DNA of 64,000 nt from an uncultured Chloroflexia bacterium (GCA_963782955.1 CAWALJ010000007.1:44357-108356), one strand, 5' to 3'; positions 39,644 through 48,746 are shown, counted from the first letter of the stretch. Notes: generated by a model not told the origin, from the letters alone. Numbers and translations: made by a program.

Positions 39644-41024
39644 CATCGACTCGCGACGGATCGCCTGGTTCACGCCGCTCAGACCGGTCGAGTCGGGAAT
39701 CTCGCTATATAGCGAAGAACTACTTCGAGCGGTCGGTTCGGATTGGCCGATCGACGTTTTCGTTGATGGTTACGTGCCGCAACCCTTCACCGCGTTCCGC
39801 AAGCTGCGAGTCTTCAATGCGCGAGAGTTCGAACGCCGCGACCGTCGCGAGCGCTATGTCGAAGTTGTCTATCAGTTCGGCAACAGTCCAGCTCATGCTT
39901 ATATGTACGAGATCGCGCTGAGCCGGCCGGGGCTGGTAGTAATGCACGACACCGTCCTGCACCACCTGAAGCTCTCGATGGTGACGCGCCGTGGTGGGGC
40001 CGCGCACTATCGCGACGCGATGCGGCGCGAGTATGGTGAAGAGGGGGCGCGAGCCGCCGAGCGCGTGCTTCAAGGAAGACTCCCGGCCACATTGTTCGAC
40101 TTCCCACTGTCGGAAGACGTCATCCGTGGCGCCCGACATGTTGCCGTCCACAGCGAGTTCAGTCGAGCGCAAGTTCGCGGGTGGGTCCCGGAGGCGGATG
40201 TCAGTGTGATTCCCATGGGCATCCGCCTGCCGCCGCTGATCGACAAACGGGTCGCCAGGCGACTGCTGAACCTTGCCGACGACGTCTTCATTGTCGCGTC
40301 GATCACCATGGTCAATCCGTACAAGCGACTCGACGTGGTGTTACAAGCGTTGAGTCGGCTCAAGCGCAGGACTCCCGTCTATTTCTCGATTGCCGGAAAT
40401 GTCTCCCCACACGTTCCGCTCGATCGTTGGGTCAGCCTGTATGGGCTTCAGGGCGAGGTGGAGCGATTCGGGTTCGTCGACGATCGGACCGCACGGTTGC
40501 TGGCAGCCGCTGCAGATGCTCTAGTCAACTTGCGCTTTCCGACTGCTGGTGAGACGTCGGCCAGCCTGTTACGTATCATGGCGGCGGGACGCCCGGTGCT
40601 CATGAGTGATGCCGGTTCGTTTCGTGAATTGCCGGATGATGCGGTGGCCAAAGTGCCAGTAGACGCGCTGGAAGTAGAGACGTTGGAAGCGCTGCTGGAA
40701 GCGCTCTGGTCAGATCCTGAGTTGAGCCGTCAACTGGGCGCGAATGCGCGTGCCTTCATTGAAGAGCGCCATTCGCTGGGCGCGATGGTGGCGGCCTATC
40801 ATGACGTGCTGCATTACCGGCTCGGTCTCGAGCTTCCGGTGCCAACTTCGATCGATTCGCGGGAGATGCTGGTAATTCCTGACGGTGTCGATGCGTCCCA
40901 CGATCCGCTGATGGACGCTGCCGGCCGATCCATTGCAGAAATGGGTCTGGCCGGAGATGACCGGTTGCAGCATGGAGTAGCCGAAGCACTCGCGGATCTC
41001 GGGTTGTTGCCTGATAAGATGTGA
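39636..41024 (+). CDS. glycosyltransferase, group-1-like
   Basis: C-terminal Rossmann half FPTAGETSASLLRIMAAGRPVLMSDAGSFRELP. 8-nt overlap with the previous GT. Confidence 0.75.
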   Translation: MADIDSRRIAWFTPLRPVESGISLYSEELLRAVGSDWPIDVFVDGYVPQPFTAFRKLRVFNAREFERRDRRERYVEVVYQFGNSPAHAYMYEIALSRPGLVVMHDTVLHHLKLSMVTRRGGAAHYRDAMRREYGEEGARAAERVLQGRLPATLFDFPLSEDVIRGARHVAVHSEFSRAQVRGWVPEADVSVIPMGIRLPPLIDKRVARRLLNLADDVFIVASITMVNPYKRLDVVLQALSRLKRRTPVYFSIAGNVSPHVPLDRWVSLYGLQGEVERFGFVDDRTARLLAAAADALVNLRFPTAGETSASLLRIMAAGRPVLMSDAGSFRELPDDAVAKVPVDALEVETLEALLEALWSDPELSRQLGANARAFIEERHSLGAMVAAYHDVLHYRLGLELPVPTSIDSREMLVIPDGVDASHDPLMDAAGRSIAEMGLAGDDRLQHGVAEALADLGLLPDKM

Positions 41025-41065
41025 CGGTTGGGAATCGTCCCGAATTCACCTTCAAGGAGTGCAAA

Positions 41066-41254
41066 ATGAGTGACCAGGAGACCAAACCGATCAGTGATGA
41101 ACTGCTCGAGATTCTCGCATGCCCAGTTTGCAAGACTCCGGTGCATCTCGAGGAGAACAAACTCGTCTGCGAGAAGTGCGGTCGGCGATATCGAATCGAG
41201 GACGGTATTCCGATCATGCTGATCGACGAAGCTGAGATGCCCGAGCAACAGTAG
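41066..41254 (+). CDS. Trm112/UPF0434-family zinc-ribbon protein
   Basis: LLEILACPVCKTPVHLEENKLVCEKCGRRYRIEDGIPIMLIDEA. AAGGAG SD upstream of ATG 41066. Confidence 0.85.
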   Translation: MSDQETKPISDELLEILACPVCKTPVHLEENKLVCEKCGRRYRIEDGIPIMLIDEAEMPEQQ

Positions 41255-41262
41255 AACGAAAA

Positions 41263-41276
41263 CGAACGAATGTTCG
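41263..41276. promoter_or_regulatory. perfect Cheo-type SOS box CGAAC-GAAT-GTTCG upstream of ruvB
   Basis: Read directly. Lies 53 nt upstream of the ruvB ATG and just upstream of the extended -10 TGgTATACT (41285-41293). Confidence 0.6.
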
Positions 41277-41284
41277 TATCGAAT

Positions 41285-41293
41285 TGGTATACT
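41285..41293 (+). promoter_or_regulatory. extended -10 element TGgTATACT of ruvB
   Basis: Read directly. 36 nt upstream of the ruvB ATG. Confidence 0.5.
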
Positions 41294-41328
41294 CGAGGTA
41301 TTGCAGTTCGATGTGATCCGGTCGAGGG

Positions 41329-42375
41329 ATGATGAGCACGCGCGTGGTTTCTGGCCGAATGCGAGACGAAGATAGCCCGGTTGAAGGCAACCTGCGTCCA
41401 AGGCGGCTTGCCGAATACATTGGGCAGGAGAAAGTCAAAGAGGGGCTGAGCATTGGTATCCAGGCCGCCCAGGCCCGGGGCGAGACGCTCGACCACGTGC
41501 TCCTCTACGGACCACCTGGCCTGGGCAAGACGACGTTGGCGACCATCATCGCTGCCGAGATGGGCGTCAATCTTCGCGTCACGGCAGGCCCGGCCATCGA
41601 ACGTGCAGGAGACGTCGTCTCGATTCTGACCAATCTCAAAGCTGGTGACGTCCTCTTCATTGACGAGATTCACCGTCTTAACCGAGTTGTCGAGGAGGTT
41701 CTCTATCCGGCTATGGAGGACTACGCCGTCGACATAATCCTGGGCAAGGGGCCAGCTGCGCGTACCATGCGACTGAACCTTCCACGATTCACGCTCGTCG
41801 GTGCGACGACTCGTCTGGCTCTGATGACTTCTCCGTTGCGCGATCGCTTCGGTTCGATTCACCGGCTTGACTTCTACGACCAGACCGCGATGGAGCATAT
41901 CGTCACGCGTTCGGCGAGCATTCTGGATGTCGCCATTGATCGAGAAGCGGCGAGCGAAATCGCGTTGCGCTCGCGCGGGACGCCCCGCGTTGCGAACCGT
42001 TTGCTCAAACGGGTACGTGATTATGCCCAGGTGAGAGCGGAGGGCGACATAACCGTGAAAGTCGCCCGACAGGCGCTGGATCTGCTCGAGATCGATGATC
42101 TGGGGCTCGACGACGTCGACCGGCGGATTCTACTGACCATTGTCGACAAGTTCGATGGTGGGCCGGTCGGGGTAGACACGCTCTCGGCGGCGACCAGCGA
42201 AGAGACTGACACGATCATGGATGTCTACGAGCCGTACCTGATACAGCTTGGATTCTTGCAGCGAACACCCCGCGGCCGGATCGCGACCCGACGTGCTTAC
42301 GCGCATCTCTCGATCCCGTTTCACGAGCGGCCGGACGATGCGCAGACGAGCTTCTTCGACCTGCCAGAGCGCTAG
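41329..42375 (+). CDS. ruvB: Holliday junction branch-migration helicase RuvB
   Basis: [13 protein letters not shown], Walker [10 protein letters not shown], Walker [10 protein letters not shown], and [15 protein letters not shown]. Confidence 0.95.
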   Translation: MMSTRVVSGRMRDEDSPVEGNLRPRRLAEYIGQEKVKEGLSIGIQAAQARGETLDHVLLYGPPGLGKTTLATIIAAEMGVNLRVTAGPAIERAGDVVSILTNLKAGDVLFIDEIHRLNRVVEEVLYPAMEDYAVDIILGKGPAARTMRLNLPRFTLVGATTRLALMTSPLRDRFGSIHRLDFYDQTAMEHIVTRSASILDVAIDREAASEIALRSRGTPRVANRLLKRVRDYAQVRAEGDITVKVARQALDLLEIDDLGLDDVDRRILLTIVDKFDGGPVGVDTLSAATSEETDTIMDVYEPYLIQLGFLQRTPRGRIATRRAYAHLSIPFHERPDDAQTSFFDLPER

Positions 42376-42378
42376 CCG

Positions 42379-43437
42379 ATGTTCGACTCGTCTCCAACTG
42401 GACAGATCCTGATCAGCGACTACGACTACGAACTTCCAGAAAATCTGATCGCCCAGACGCCGATCGAGCCGCGAGACAGCTCACGCCTGTTAGTGCTGGA
42501 TCGCAATTCCGGTCATATGGAGCATCGGGTGTTTCGTGACATCATCGACTACCTCTCCGCCGGAGATCTGCTCGTCGTCAATGACTCTCGCGTGCTGCCC
42601 GCTCGTTTGCACGGTTGGAGACCAACGGGGGGAAGGGTCGAGATTCTCTTGCTGCGGCGCGTGGGCGATCAACGTTGGCAGGCGATGGTTCGTCCGGGTC
42701 GCCGTCTCCAAACTGGCAGCGAGATTCTGCTGGCTGAATCGACTGGCGCGCGGACTGAGCAAGTCGCCCGAATCGTCGAGCGAACGGAAGACGGACAGGC
42801 GATTGTTGAACTGCCTGAGGTTGTGGAATCCCGACTGCACGAGTTCGGCGAAATGCCACTTCCGCCATACATTCACCAGCGACTGCAAGACCCCGAACGC
42901 TATCAGACCGTGTACGCGGATGTACCAGGGTCGGCCGCCGCGCCGACCGCGGGCCTTCACTTCACCCCCGAACTACTTCAACGAGTGCGCGAAAAGGGCG
43001 TCGGTGTCGCGGGCGTGACGCTTCACGTGGGAGTTGGCACGTTCTTGCCGGTGAAGGTAGAAGACGTTCGTGAGCACCATATGCATTCGGAGTGGTTCCA
43101 CGTTCCACCCCAGACGATCGACGCCATCCGTGAAACGCGGGCGCGTGGCCACAGGATCATCGCCGTTGGGACCACGAGCTGCCGAACACTGGAGTCCATT
43201 AGCCTGGAAGCCGATCAACCGGGCGGAGCCTCGAACTGGACAGAGTTATTCATCACGCCCGGTTTCGAGTTTCGTACCGTGGACGCACTCATCACGAATT
43301 TCCATCTGCCGAAGTCGACGCTCATGCTGCTCGTGAGCGCTCTGGCCGGGCGCGAGCCCATCCTTGCGGCGTACCGGGAAGCCATTCGACTCGGGTACCG
43401 ATTCTTCAGTTTTGGCGATGCAATGCTCATTCGCTAG
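42379..43437 (+). CDS. queA: S-adenosylmethionine:tRNA ribosyltransferase-isomerase
   Basis: YDYELPENLIAQTPIEPRDSSRLLV, LPPYI and FFSFGDAMLI motifs. Confidence 0.93.
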   Translation: MFDSSPTGQILISDYDYELPENLIAQTPIEPRDSSRLLVLDRNSGHMEHRVFRDIIDYLSAGDLLVVNDSRVLPARLHGWRPTGGRVEILLLRRVGDQRWQAMVRPGRRLQTGSEILLAESTGARTEQVARIVERTEDGQAIVELPEVVESRLHEFGEMPLPPYIHQRLQDPERYQTVYADVPGSAAAPTAGLHFTPELLQRVREKGVGVAGVTLHVGVGTFLPVKVEDVREHHMHSEWFHVPPQTIDAIRETRARGHRIIAVGTTSCRTLESISLEADQPGGASNWTELFITPGFEFRTVDALITNFHLPKSTLMLLVSALAGREPILAAYREAIRLGYRFFSFGDAMLIR

Positions 43438-43752
43438 CTCACGGACATCTGAACTTCTATTCCGGATTGTCTGACGATTCCTGCTATAGTGAAGGTAATG
43501 GACGATTCCCTGGCCAGCGCTTTGCGCTTGAAACCAGCGCCTGGAAGGGCTCAGTCCAGACCAGTACGTTGCCGTGGCGCCGTTCCCGTTGTAGCATCGA
43601 AAAATGCTACCTATGCGGACACGCGCCGATGGCCTGTGTGCTGCGGATGTATGAGTAGCCGTTGGCGATAGGAATCTCGACTATAAGGCAGACACTGGGC
43701 GGGTACCGATGCATGCGATACGGGGTCGCATGCGGTTGATATTGGAGGGCAT

Positions 43753-45360
43753 ATGAATACTACGGATGTTGCCAGGTCCACCGCCGAAGAACGTTTGGCG
43801 AAGCTTGGCATTCACGACTCGGGCACCATCTATTGGAACGCACCGACTTCGATTCTCTACGAGCACGCTGTTCGACGCGGTGAAGGTCAAATTGCCCACC
43901 TCGGTCCGCTCGTTGTTTCCACCGGTCGTTTCACCGGTCGCACACCGAAAGACAAATTCATCGTTAGCGAATCGCCCTCCGACGAGAAGATCTGGTGGGA
44001 TGGCAATAAGAAGTTCTCTGCCGAGAAGTTCGATGCGCTGCACGCTCGTCTGACCGAATACCTCAAGGGGCGCGAGATCTACGTGCAAGATTGCTATGCC
44101 GGCGCTGACGAGCAGCATCGACTCCCGGTGCGCGTAGTGACCGAATATGCCTGGCACAGCCTGTTCGTTCGCAACCTCTTCATTCAGATGCGTGCAGGCG
44201 GTCATTTTGACGGCGATCCTGGTTTCACGGTCATCTCGGCGCCCGGATTCCACTCGGATCCTGAAAGAGACGGCACCCGCAGTGACGCATTCATTGTGCT
44301 GAACCTGGAGAAGCGACTCATCCTGATCGGCGGAACCGAGTATGCCGGCGAGATCAAGAAGTCGATCTTCACGGTGATGCACTACCTCCTCCCGCTGAAC
44401 GGCGTTCTTTCCATGCATTGCTCGGCGAACATGGGTCCGCAGGGCGACACGGCACTCTTCTTCGGTTTGTCCGGGACTGGTAAGACCACTCTCTCGACCG
44501 ATCCCGATCGTCAGTTGATCGGCGACGACGAGCATGGCTGGACCGATCACGGGATCTTCAACTTCGAGGGTGGCTGCTACGCCAAGGTGATTCGACTCTC
44601 GCCCGATTCCGAGCCAGAGATCTATCGCACGACGCGCGAGTTCGGCACTATCCTCGAGAACGTCATTATGGATCCGGTTTCCCGCAGAGTGGACCTGAAT
44701 GATGATTCTCGTACGGAGAATACGCGCGCGGCGTATCCACTGACGCACATCCCGAATCACACCATCAGCGGCACCGGTGGCCATCCTGGCAATGTGATCT
44801 TCCTGACCGCCGACGCGTTCGGCGTTCTCCCGCCGATCTCCAAGTTGACTCCGGAGCAGGCCAAGTATCACTTCGTCTCCGGTTACACTGCCAAGGTTGC
44901 GGGGACCGAGGTTGGCCTTACCGAGCCGGAAGCAACATTCAGCACGTGTTTCGGCGCACCGTTCCTGGCGCTGCCGCCGCACTTCTATGCTGACCTGCTG
45001 GGTAAGAAGGTGGTGGAGCACAACACAAACGTCTGGCTAGTCAACACTGGCTGGATCGGTGGCAGCGCTTCCACCTCGGATCGCGTGCCAATTGCGTTCA
45101 CACGTGCAATGATTCACGCGGCGCTGAGTGGCGCCCTGCTCGACGTCTCGTTCGAGCGTCATCCGGTCTTTGGCGTCATGGTGCCGGAACGTTGCCCGGG
45201 TGTGCCGCAGAACGTGTTGAATCCGCGGAACGTCTGGTCCGATCCGAAGGCCTACGACGCCCAGGCGCGAAAACTGGCTGGCATGTTTGAGAAGAACTTT
45301 ACACAGTTCGCTCCCACGTTGCCTCCAGAGGTTCGCGCGGCAGGACCGCGAGCAGAGTAA
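43753..45360 (+). CDS. pckA: phosphoenolpyruvate carboxykinase (ATP)
   Basis: GRFTGRTPKDKF, FFGLSGTGKTTLS, IGDDEHGW and NTGW motifs. Confidence 0.95.
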   Translation: MNTTDVARSTAEERLAKLGIHDSGTIYWNAPTSILYEHAVRRGEGQIAHLGPLVVSTGRFTGRTPKDKFIVSESPSDEKIWWDGNKKFSAEKFDALHARLTEYLKGREIYVQDCYAGADEQHRLPVRVVTEYAWHSLFVRNLFIQMRAGGHFDGDPGFTVISAPGFHSDPERDGTRSDAFIVLNLEKRLILIGGTEYAGEIKKSIFTVMHYLLPLNGVLSMHCSANMGPQGDTALFFGLSGTGKTTLSTDPDRQLIGDDEHGWTDHGIFNFEGGCYAKVIRLSPDSEPEIYRTTREFGTILENVIMDPVSRRVDLNDDSRTENTRAAYPLTHIPNHTISGTGGHPGNVIFLTADAFGVLPPISKLTPEQAKYHFVSGYTAKVAGTEVGLTEPEATFSTCFGAPFLALPPHFYADLLGKKVVEHNTNVWLVNTGWIGGSASTSDRVPIAFTRAMIHAALSGALLDVSFERHPVFGVMVPERCPGVPQNVLNPRNVWSDPKAYDAQARKLAGMFEKNFTQFAPTLPPEVRAAGPRAE

Positions 45361-45392
45361 CCGCAGCCGGTCGTTATTCGATCTCGAGGACC

Positions 45393-46139
45393 GTGCATGC
45401 ATTGCAGGAGGAGCAGTCAGGAACCTTGCGCACTCATCTTCGCGGGTGGATTCAGAGCCCAATCGGCGTCGTCGCGCGTCTGCTGGCACTGGGAACGCTC
45501 GTCTCAATTCTTGTTGCTTGCGGCAACACTGGATCGGCATCGACGGCCCAGACCGGTAGCGCGTCGACATCTACGGCGAACGGGAAGGATACGCCTGTGA
45601 CTTCAGCCAAACAGCCACAGCAGTGGTCATCTCCTCCAGCAATGGAGATCGACAAGAACAAGACATACACCGCGACGTTGCACACGACTGATGGCGACAT
45701 CGTGATCAATCTGCTCGCAAAAGAGGATCCGATTACCGTCAACAACTTCGTCTTCCTGGCGCAGCACAACTTCTACAACAACGTGCCCTTTCACCGGATC
45801 ATCAAGGGCTTCATGATCCAGACCGGCGACCCGACCGGCACCGGTGCTGGTGGTCCGGGATACAAGTTCCAGGACGAGCCGGTCACTCGTGATTACACGC
45901 GTGGTACGGTGGCGATGGCGAACTCTGGCCCAAACACCAACGGTAGCCAGTTCTTCATCGTGCAGGCTGACATGACTGGTCGCCTGCCGAAGAACTACAC
46001 GATCTTTGGCGAGGTAACTCAGGGCATGGACGTGGTCGACAAGATTGCCAACACGCCGGTTACCATGAATCAGTTTGGCGAGCAGTCTCAGCCGACGCAG
46101 AAGGTTCAGATCAACAGCGTCGACATCACGGTGAAATAG
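45393..46139 (+). CDS. cyclophilin-type peptidyl-prolyl isomerase, lipoprotein
   Basis: Lipobox LVAC. FHRIIKGFMIQTGDPTGTGAGGPGY and NGSQFFI motifs. Exact start uncertain. Confidence 0.88.
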   Translation: MHALQEEQSGTLRTHLRGWIQSPIGVVARLLALGTLVSILVACGNTGSASTAQTGSASTSTANGKDTPVTSAKQPQQWSSPPAMEIDKNKTYTATLHTTDGDIVINLLAKEDPITVNNFVFLAQHNFYNNVPFHRIIKGFMIQTGDPTGTGAGGPGYKFQDEPVTRDYTRGTVAMANSGPNTNGSQFFIVQADMTGRLPKNYTIFGEVTQGMDVVDKIANTPVTMNQFGEQSQPTQKVQINSVDITVK

Positions 46140-46164
46140 TCGCAAACGTCGTTCGAACTGCTGA

Positions 46165-46200
46165 CAGGGCCGATCTCTCAATCGTTGAGGATCGGCCCTG
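46165..46200. terminator. long hairpin between convergent PPIase and aminotransferase genes
   Basis: cagggccgatc...gatcggccctg with an inner ctcaa/ttgag extension. Confidence 0.6.
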
Positions 46201-46299
46201 AACGTTCAACCCCATCATGAATCTCACAGGGTGCGGAGGCAACGACAAGGGGATCGGCCCTTACCCCCGGGGATCACGAGACTTCTGGACGAGTCGCGG

Positions 46300-47517
46300 T
46301 CAGCCGCGGCGCAAAGCCCGCAATCCGTCGAACAGCTTGTCGAGGTCTTCCTCGTTGTTGAAGTAGGCGCACGAGATGCGAACCCCAGTCGGGACCTGCA
46401 CACGTCGCTGAATGACCTGGAAGTCGTTCCACAGCCGCTGAGCGAGTTCCACTCCGTCCCAGCCCTCGAAGCCGAACGTCACCAGGCCGGAACTGTCACC
46501 CCACGCTATCGGAGAGTAGAGACTTACCCCGGGCTCGGCAGTCAGCCGTCGCTTCAGTTCGTCGCTCAGAGCCGAGCAGTGAGCTTCAATGCTGGACCAG
46601 CCCAGTTGAGCGAGATAATCGATCGAGCTTGGAAGAGCTGCGTACGTATGCCAGTTTCTCGTGCCAAACTCAAATTTTGACGCCGTCTCGGCGAACGTCC
46701 AATCTGCCTCACCTGGGTGTGCGCCCAACAATTGGCGATCGAAGCGCGGAGACACAGAGCCGTCGCCAACGTGAATGGGATCGACTGACGGGAGCGCCTC
46801 GGGAGAGAGGTAGAGAAATCCTGTTCCTTTTGGCCCGGCGAGCCACTTGTGGCCATTACCGGTCATGAAGTCGCACCCGATATCGCCAACATCAAGGCGG
46901 AATTGGCCGAGCGACTGCGCTCCGTCGACCATGCTTCGGATGCCACGCTCGCGACAAATGGCGCAGATTTCCTTTACTGGCAGACGCTGTCCGGTTTCGC
47001 AGGAGACGTGGCTGATAATAACGATACTGGTATTCGGCTTCAGCGCCGCTTTGAACGCTTCGAGCGTCTCTTCCGGTGTCGAGCCAATGGGGAACATCTC
47101 GAGTTTGGCGCCACCACGACGCTCAGCAGCTGCCCACGGCAGGATAACCGCCGGGTGCTCCTGGTCGGTCGTCAGCGCAACCGTTGATGGATCCAGCCTC
47201 AGTCCAGCGGCCACGAGATTCACGCCGTCGGTCGCGTTTCGCGTCAAGGCTACACTCTCGGGACTGGCGCCGATGAGAGCCGCCAGCGCTGCTCGTGCTT
47301 TCTCATAGCCCTCCTGCGCCTCAGGTTGGGCCACGTGACCACCGATCTCGTAGCGAGAGATCGCCGCCAGATGCACGTCCAGCACCGGTCGCGGCATGAT
47401 GCCGACTGTGCCGGTGTTCAGGTACGTCACCTCACGCAATATTTCCAGGTTCTGTCGCAGATATTCGATATCCAACGGACTGGTGGACTCCATCGGTCGC
47501 TCCCCTCGGGACGGCAA
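46300..47517 (-). CDS. class V aminotransferase-fold PLP enzyme (cysteine desulfurase / epimerase-like)
   Basis: 405 aa. NGHKWLAGPKGTGFLY carries the PLP lysine; ISHVSCETG is also present. Confidence 0.8.
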   Translation of the reverse strand: MPSRGERPMESTSPLDIEYLRQNLEILREVTYLNTGTVGIMPRPVLDVHLAAISRYEIGGHVAQPEAQEGYEKARAALAALIGASPESVALTRNATDGVNLVAAGLRLDPSTVALTTDQEHPAVILPWAAAERRGGAKLEMFPIGSTPEETLEAFKAALKPNTSIVIISHVSCETGQRLPVKEICAICRERGIRSMVDGAQSLGQFRLDVGDIGCDFMTGNGHKWLAGPKGTGFLYLSPEALPSVDPIHVGDGSVSPRFDRQLLGAHPGEADWTFAETASKFEFGTRNWHTYAALPSSIDYLAQLGWSSIEAHCSALSDELKRRLTAEPGVSLYSPIAWGDSSGLVTFGFEGWDGVELAQRLWNDFQVIQRRVQVPTGVRISCAYFNNEEDLDKLFDGLRALRRG

Positions 47518-47646
47518 ATTCTGCCGTCATCGACAATAGAGCGACAGTGTACGACGGAAGGCTGGTTACATGTCAAAAGAGGACGACGGGTGATCAATTC
47601 GGAGGACGGAAAGCACGTGACCGGGTGTCGATCACGTGCTCTGCGT

Positions 47647-47874
47647 TCAATCCTCGTAGACGGAAAGCAGGTCACAAACCTGTTCGTAGTCGCGCAGCAA
47701 GCGACGCCAGACCTCTTCCCAGTTGGCGACATCTTTGCCGTCATCGAGGGCTCGTTCGATCTGAGCGTAACCATCCTCGAGTCGAAGGTAGAGGTTGCTG
47801 GCCCTTCGCTCCAGTCGTGCTCGATCTCGGACGGACCGAATCGGCTGATTGATGGTTCTCATAGTAGCGGCCAT
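47647..47874 (-). CDS. 75-aa helical acidic protein of unknown function
   Basis: Lies 35 nt downstream of the Rad52-like gene on the same strand. Plausible composition (NLYLRLEDGYAQIERALDDGKDVANWEEVWRRLLRDYE). No clear SD. Confidence 0.45.
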   Translation of the reverse strand: MAATMRTINQPIRSVRDRARLERRASNLYLRLEDGYAQIERALDDGKDVANWEEVWRRLLRDYEQVCDLLSVYED

Positions 47875-47909
47875 GATGTTTACACCAATCCGATCAATTC
47901 ATGCCACTG

Positions 47910-48509
47910 TTATGATGCGGCGTGCGCGGCTTCCCGTCGCTGCTGCAGGCGCTCAATCAGCGCTGAAGCGTCGCGACGGCGGAGTTTATCGACCGAAGTG
48001 CCGAACATCTCCTGCGATTCTCCGTTCAGTTCCTCTTCGGAAAGCCCGACTTCTCGAGCCATAGAAAAGAGGAACTTGATCTGACGGTCGGTCGCCGCGG
48101 ACTGGTCCGGATTTGCTCGGTTGCGACGCGACCGTGTTCGATTCAGGTCGATTGGCGAATCGACGACGCGATTGTCGGTTGCTCCGAACTCGAAGTCCGG
48201 GCAGAATTGCGTTCCATAACCCAACGCCGCCAACGCTCTGCCAAGCGACTTGGTCTCAGCCTTTTCGATGTAGTCACCGAAGTCAGCTGCCTCTTCGCTG
48301 CCCCAGCCGGTGGCGCTTCCACCGTCGGGGATCTCGACACGCGCCTTAAAGACAGCGGTGTTTCCGTCATGCGCTACGAGCTCGGTCTGAATGCTTCCAT
48401 CTGGATGTTCATTGCGAAACCAAACGAGCCGCCACTTGACCTCGAGATAGTCGGCGCCACTGATGCGGGTCAAATAGTTCTTGGGCTCGAACGCGGTCAT
48501 CTCAGTCAT
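47910..48509 (-). CDS. candidate Rad52/Sak/DdrA-like single-strand annealing protein with a C-terminal helical module
   Basis: DYLEVKWRLVWFRNEHP...AVFKARVEIPDGG..GWGSEE...YIEKAETKSLGRALAALGYG resembles the Rad52-family core, from memory of its consensus. AGGAGA SD. Confidence 0.5.
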   Translation of the reverse strand: MTEMTAFEPKNYLTRISGADYLEVKWRLVWFRNEHPDGSIQTELVAHDGNTAVFKARVEIPDGGSATGWGSEEAADFGDYIEKAETKSLGRALAALGYGTQFCPDFEFGATDNRVVDSPIDLNRTRSRRNRANPDQSAATDRQIKFLFSMAREVGLSEEELNGESQEMFGTSVDKLRRRDASALIERLQQRREAAHAAS

Positions 48510-48545
48510 CCCAACGTCTCCTGTCTTCCAAACGCAGACCGCAAG

Positions 48546-48561
48546 TAGAACATCAGTTCTA
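48546..48561. promoter_or_regulatory. LexA-type palindrome TAGAAC-ATCA-GTTCTA at the predicted +1 of the Rad52-like gene promoter
   Basis: Read directly. GAAC-N4-GTTC core with 6-nt perfect arms. Confidence 0.55.
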
Positions 48562-48566
48562 GAATT

Positions 48567-48595
48567 ATTCTATTGATTTGCTGATGGAATGTCAA
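48567..48595 (-). promoter_or_regulatory. near-consensus sigma70 promoter TTGACA-17-TAGAAT
   Basis: Minus strand reads ttgaca ttccatcagcaaatcaa tagaat. Confidence 0.6.
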
Positions 48596-48695
48596 CTAGC
48601 GGAGGACGTACCGCGGTACTGATCGTGGCAGAATATTGTCAGACTCTCGGGCTGGATGTCCGCGCTCCGCGTTCACCGGCCAATCGGGCTCCATA

Positions 48696-48704
48696 TGCTA
48701 TAAT
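48696..48704 (+). promoter_or_regulatory. extended -10 element TGcTATAAT upstream of dnaN
   Basis: Read directly. About 45 nt upstream of GTG 48747. Confidence 0.5.
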
Positions 48705-48746
48705 GCGCAGACGATTACGTGTACGAACACAGAAGGGGTAGCACTG

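Noticed and set aside
40756-41898. 380-aa minus-strand ORF
   Set aside because: It is antisense to the well-supported GT, Trm112 and ruvB genes. Its composition is Arg/Ser/His-rich, and it has no motifs. This is a typical GC-rich antisense artefact.
43681-45021. 446-aa minus-strand ORF
   Set aside because: It is antisense to pckA, whose motifs are unambiguous.
48510-48746. oriC upstream of dnaN
   Set aside because: An AT-richer patch is present, but I found no TTATCCACA-like boxes. The promoter/operator pair for the divergent gene explains the sequence.
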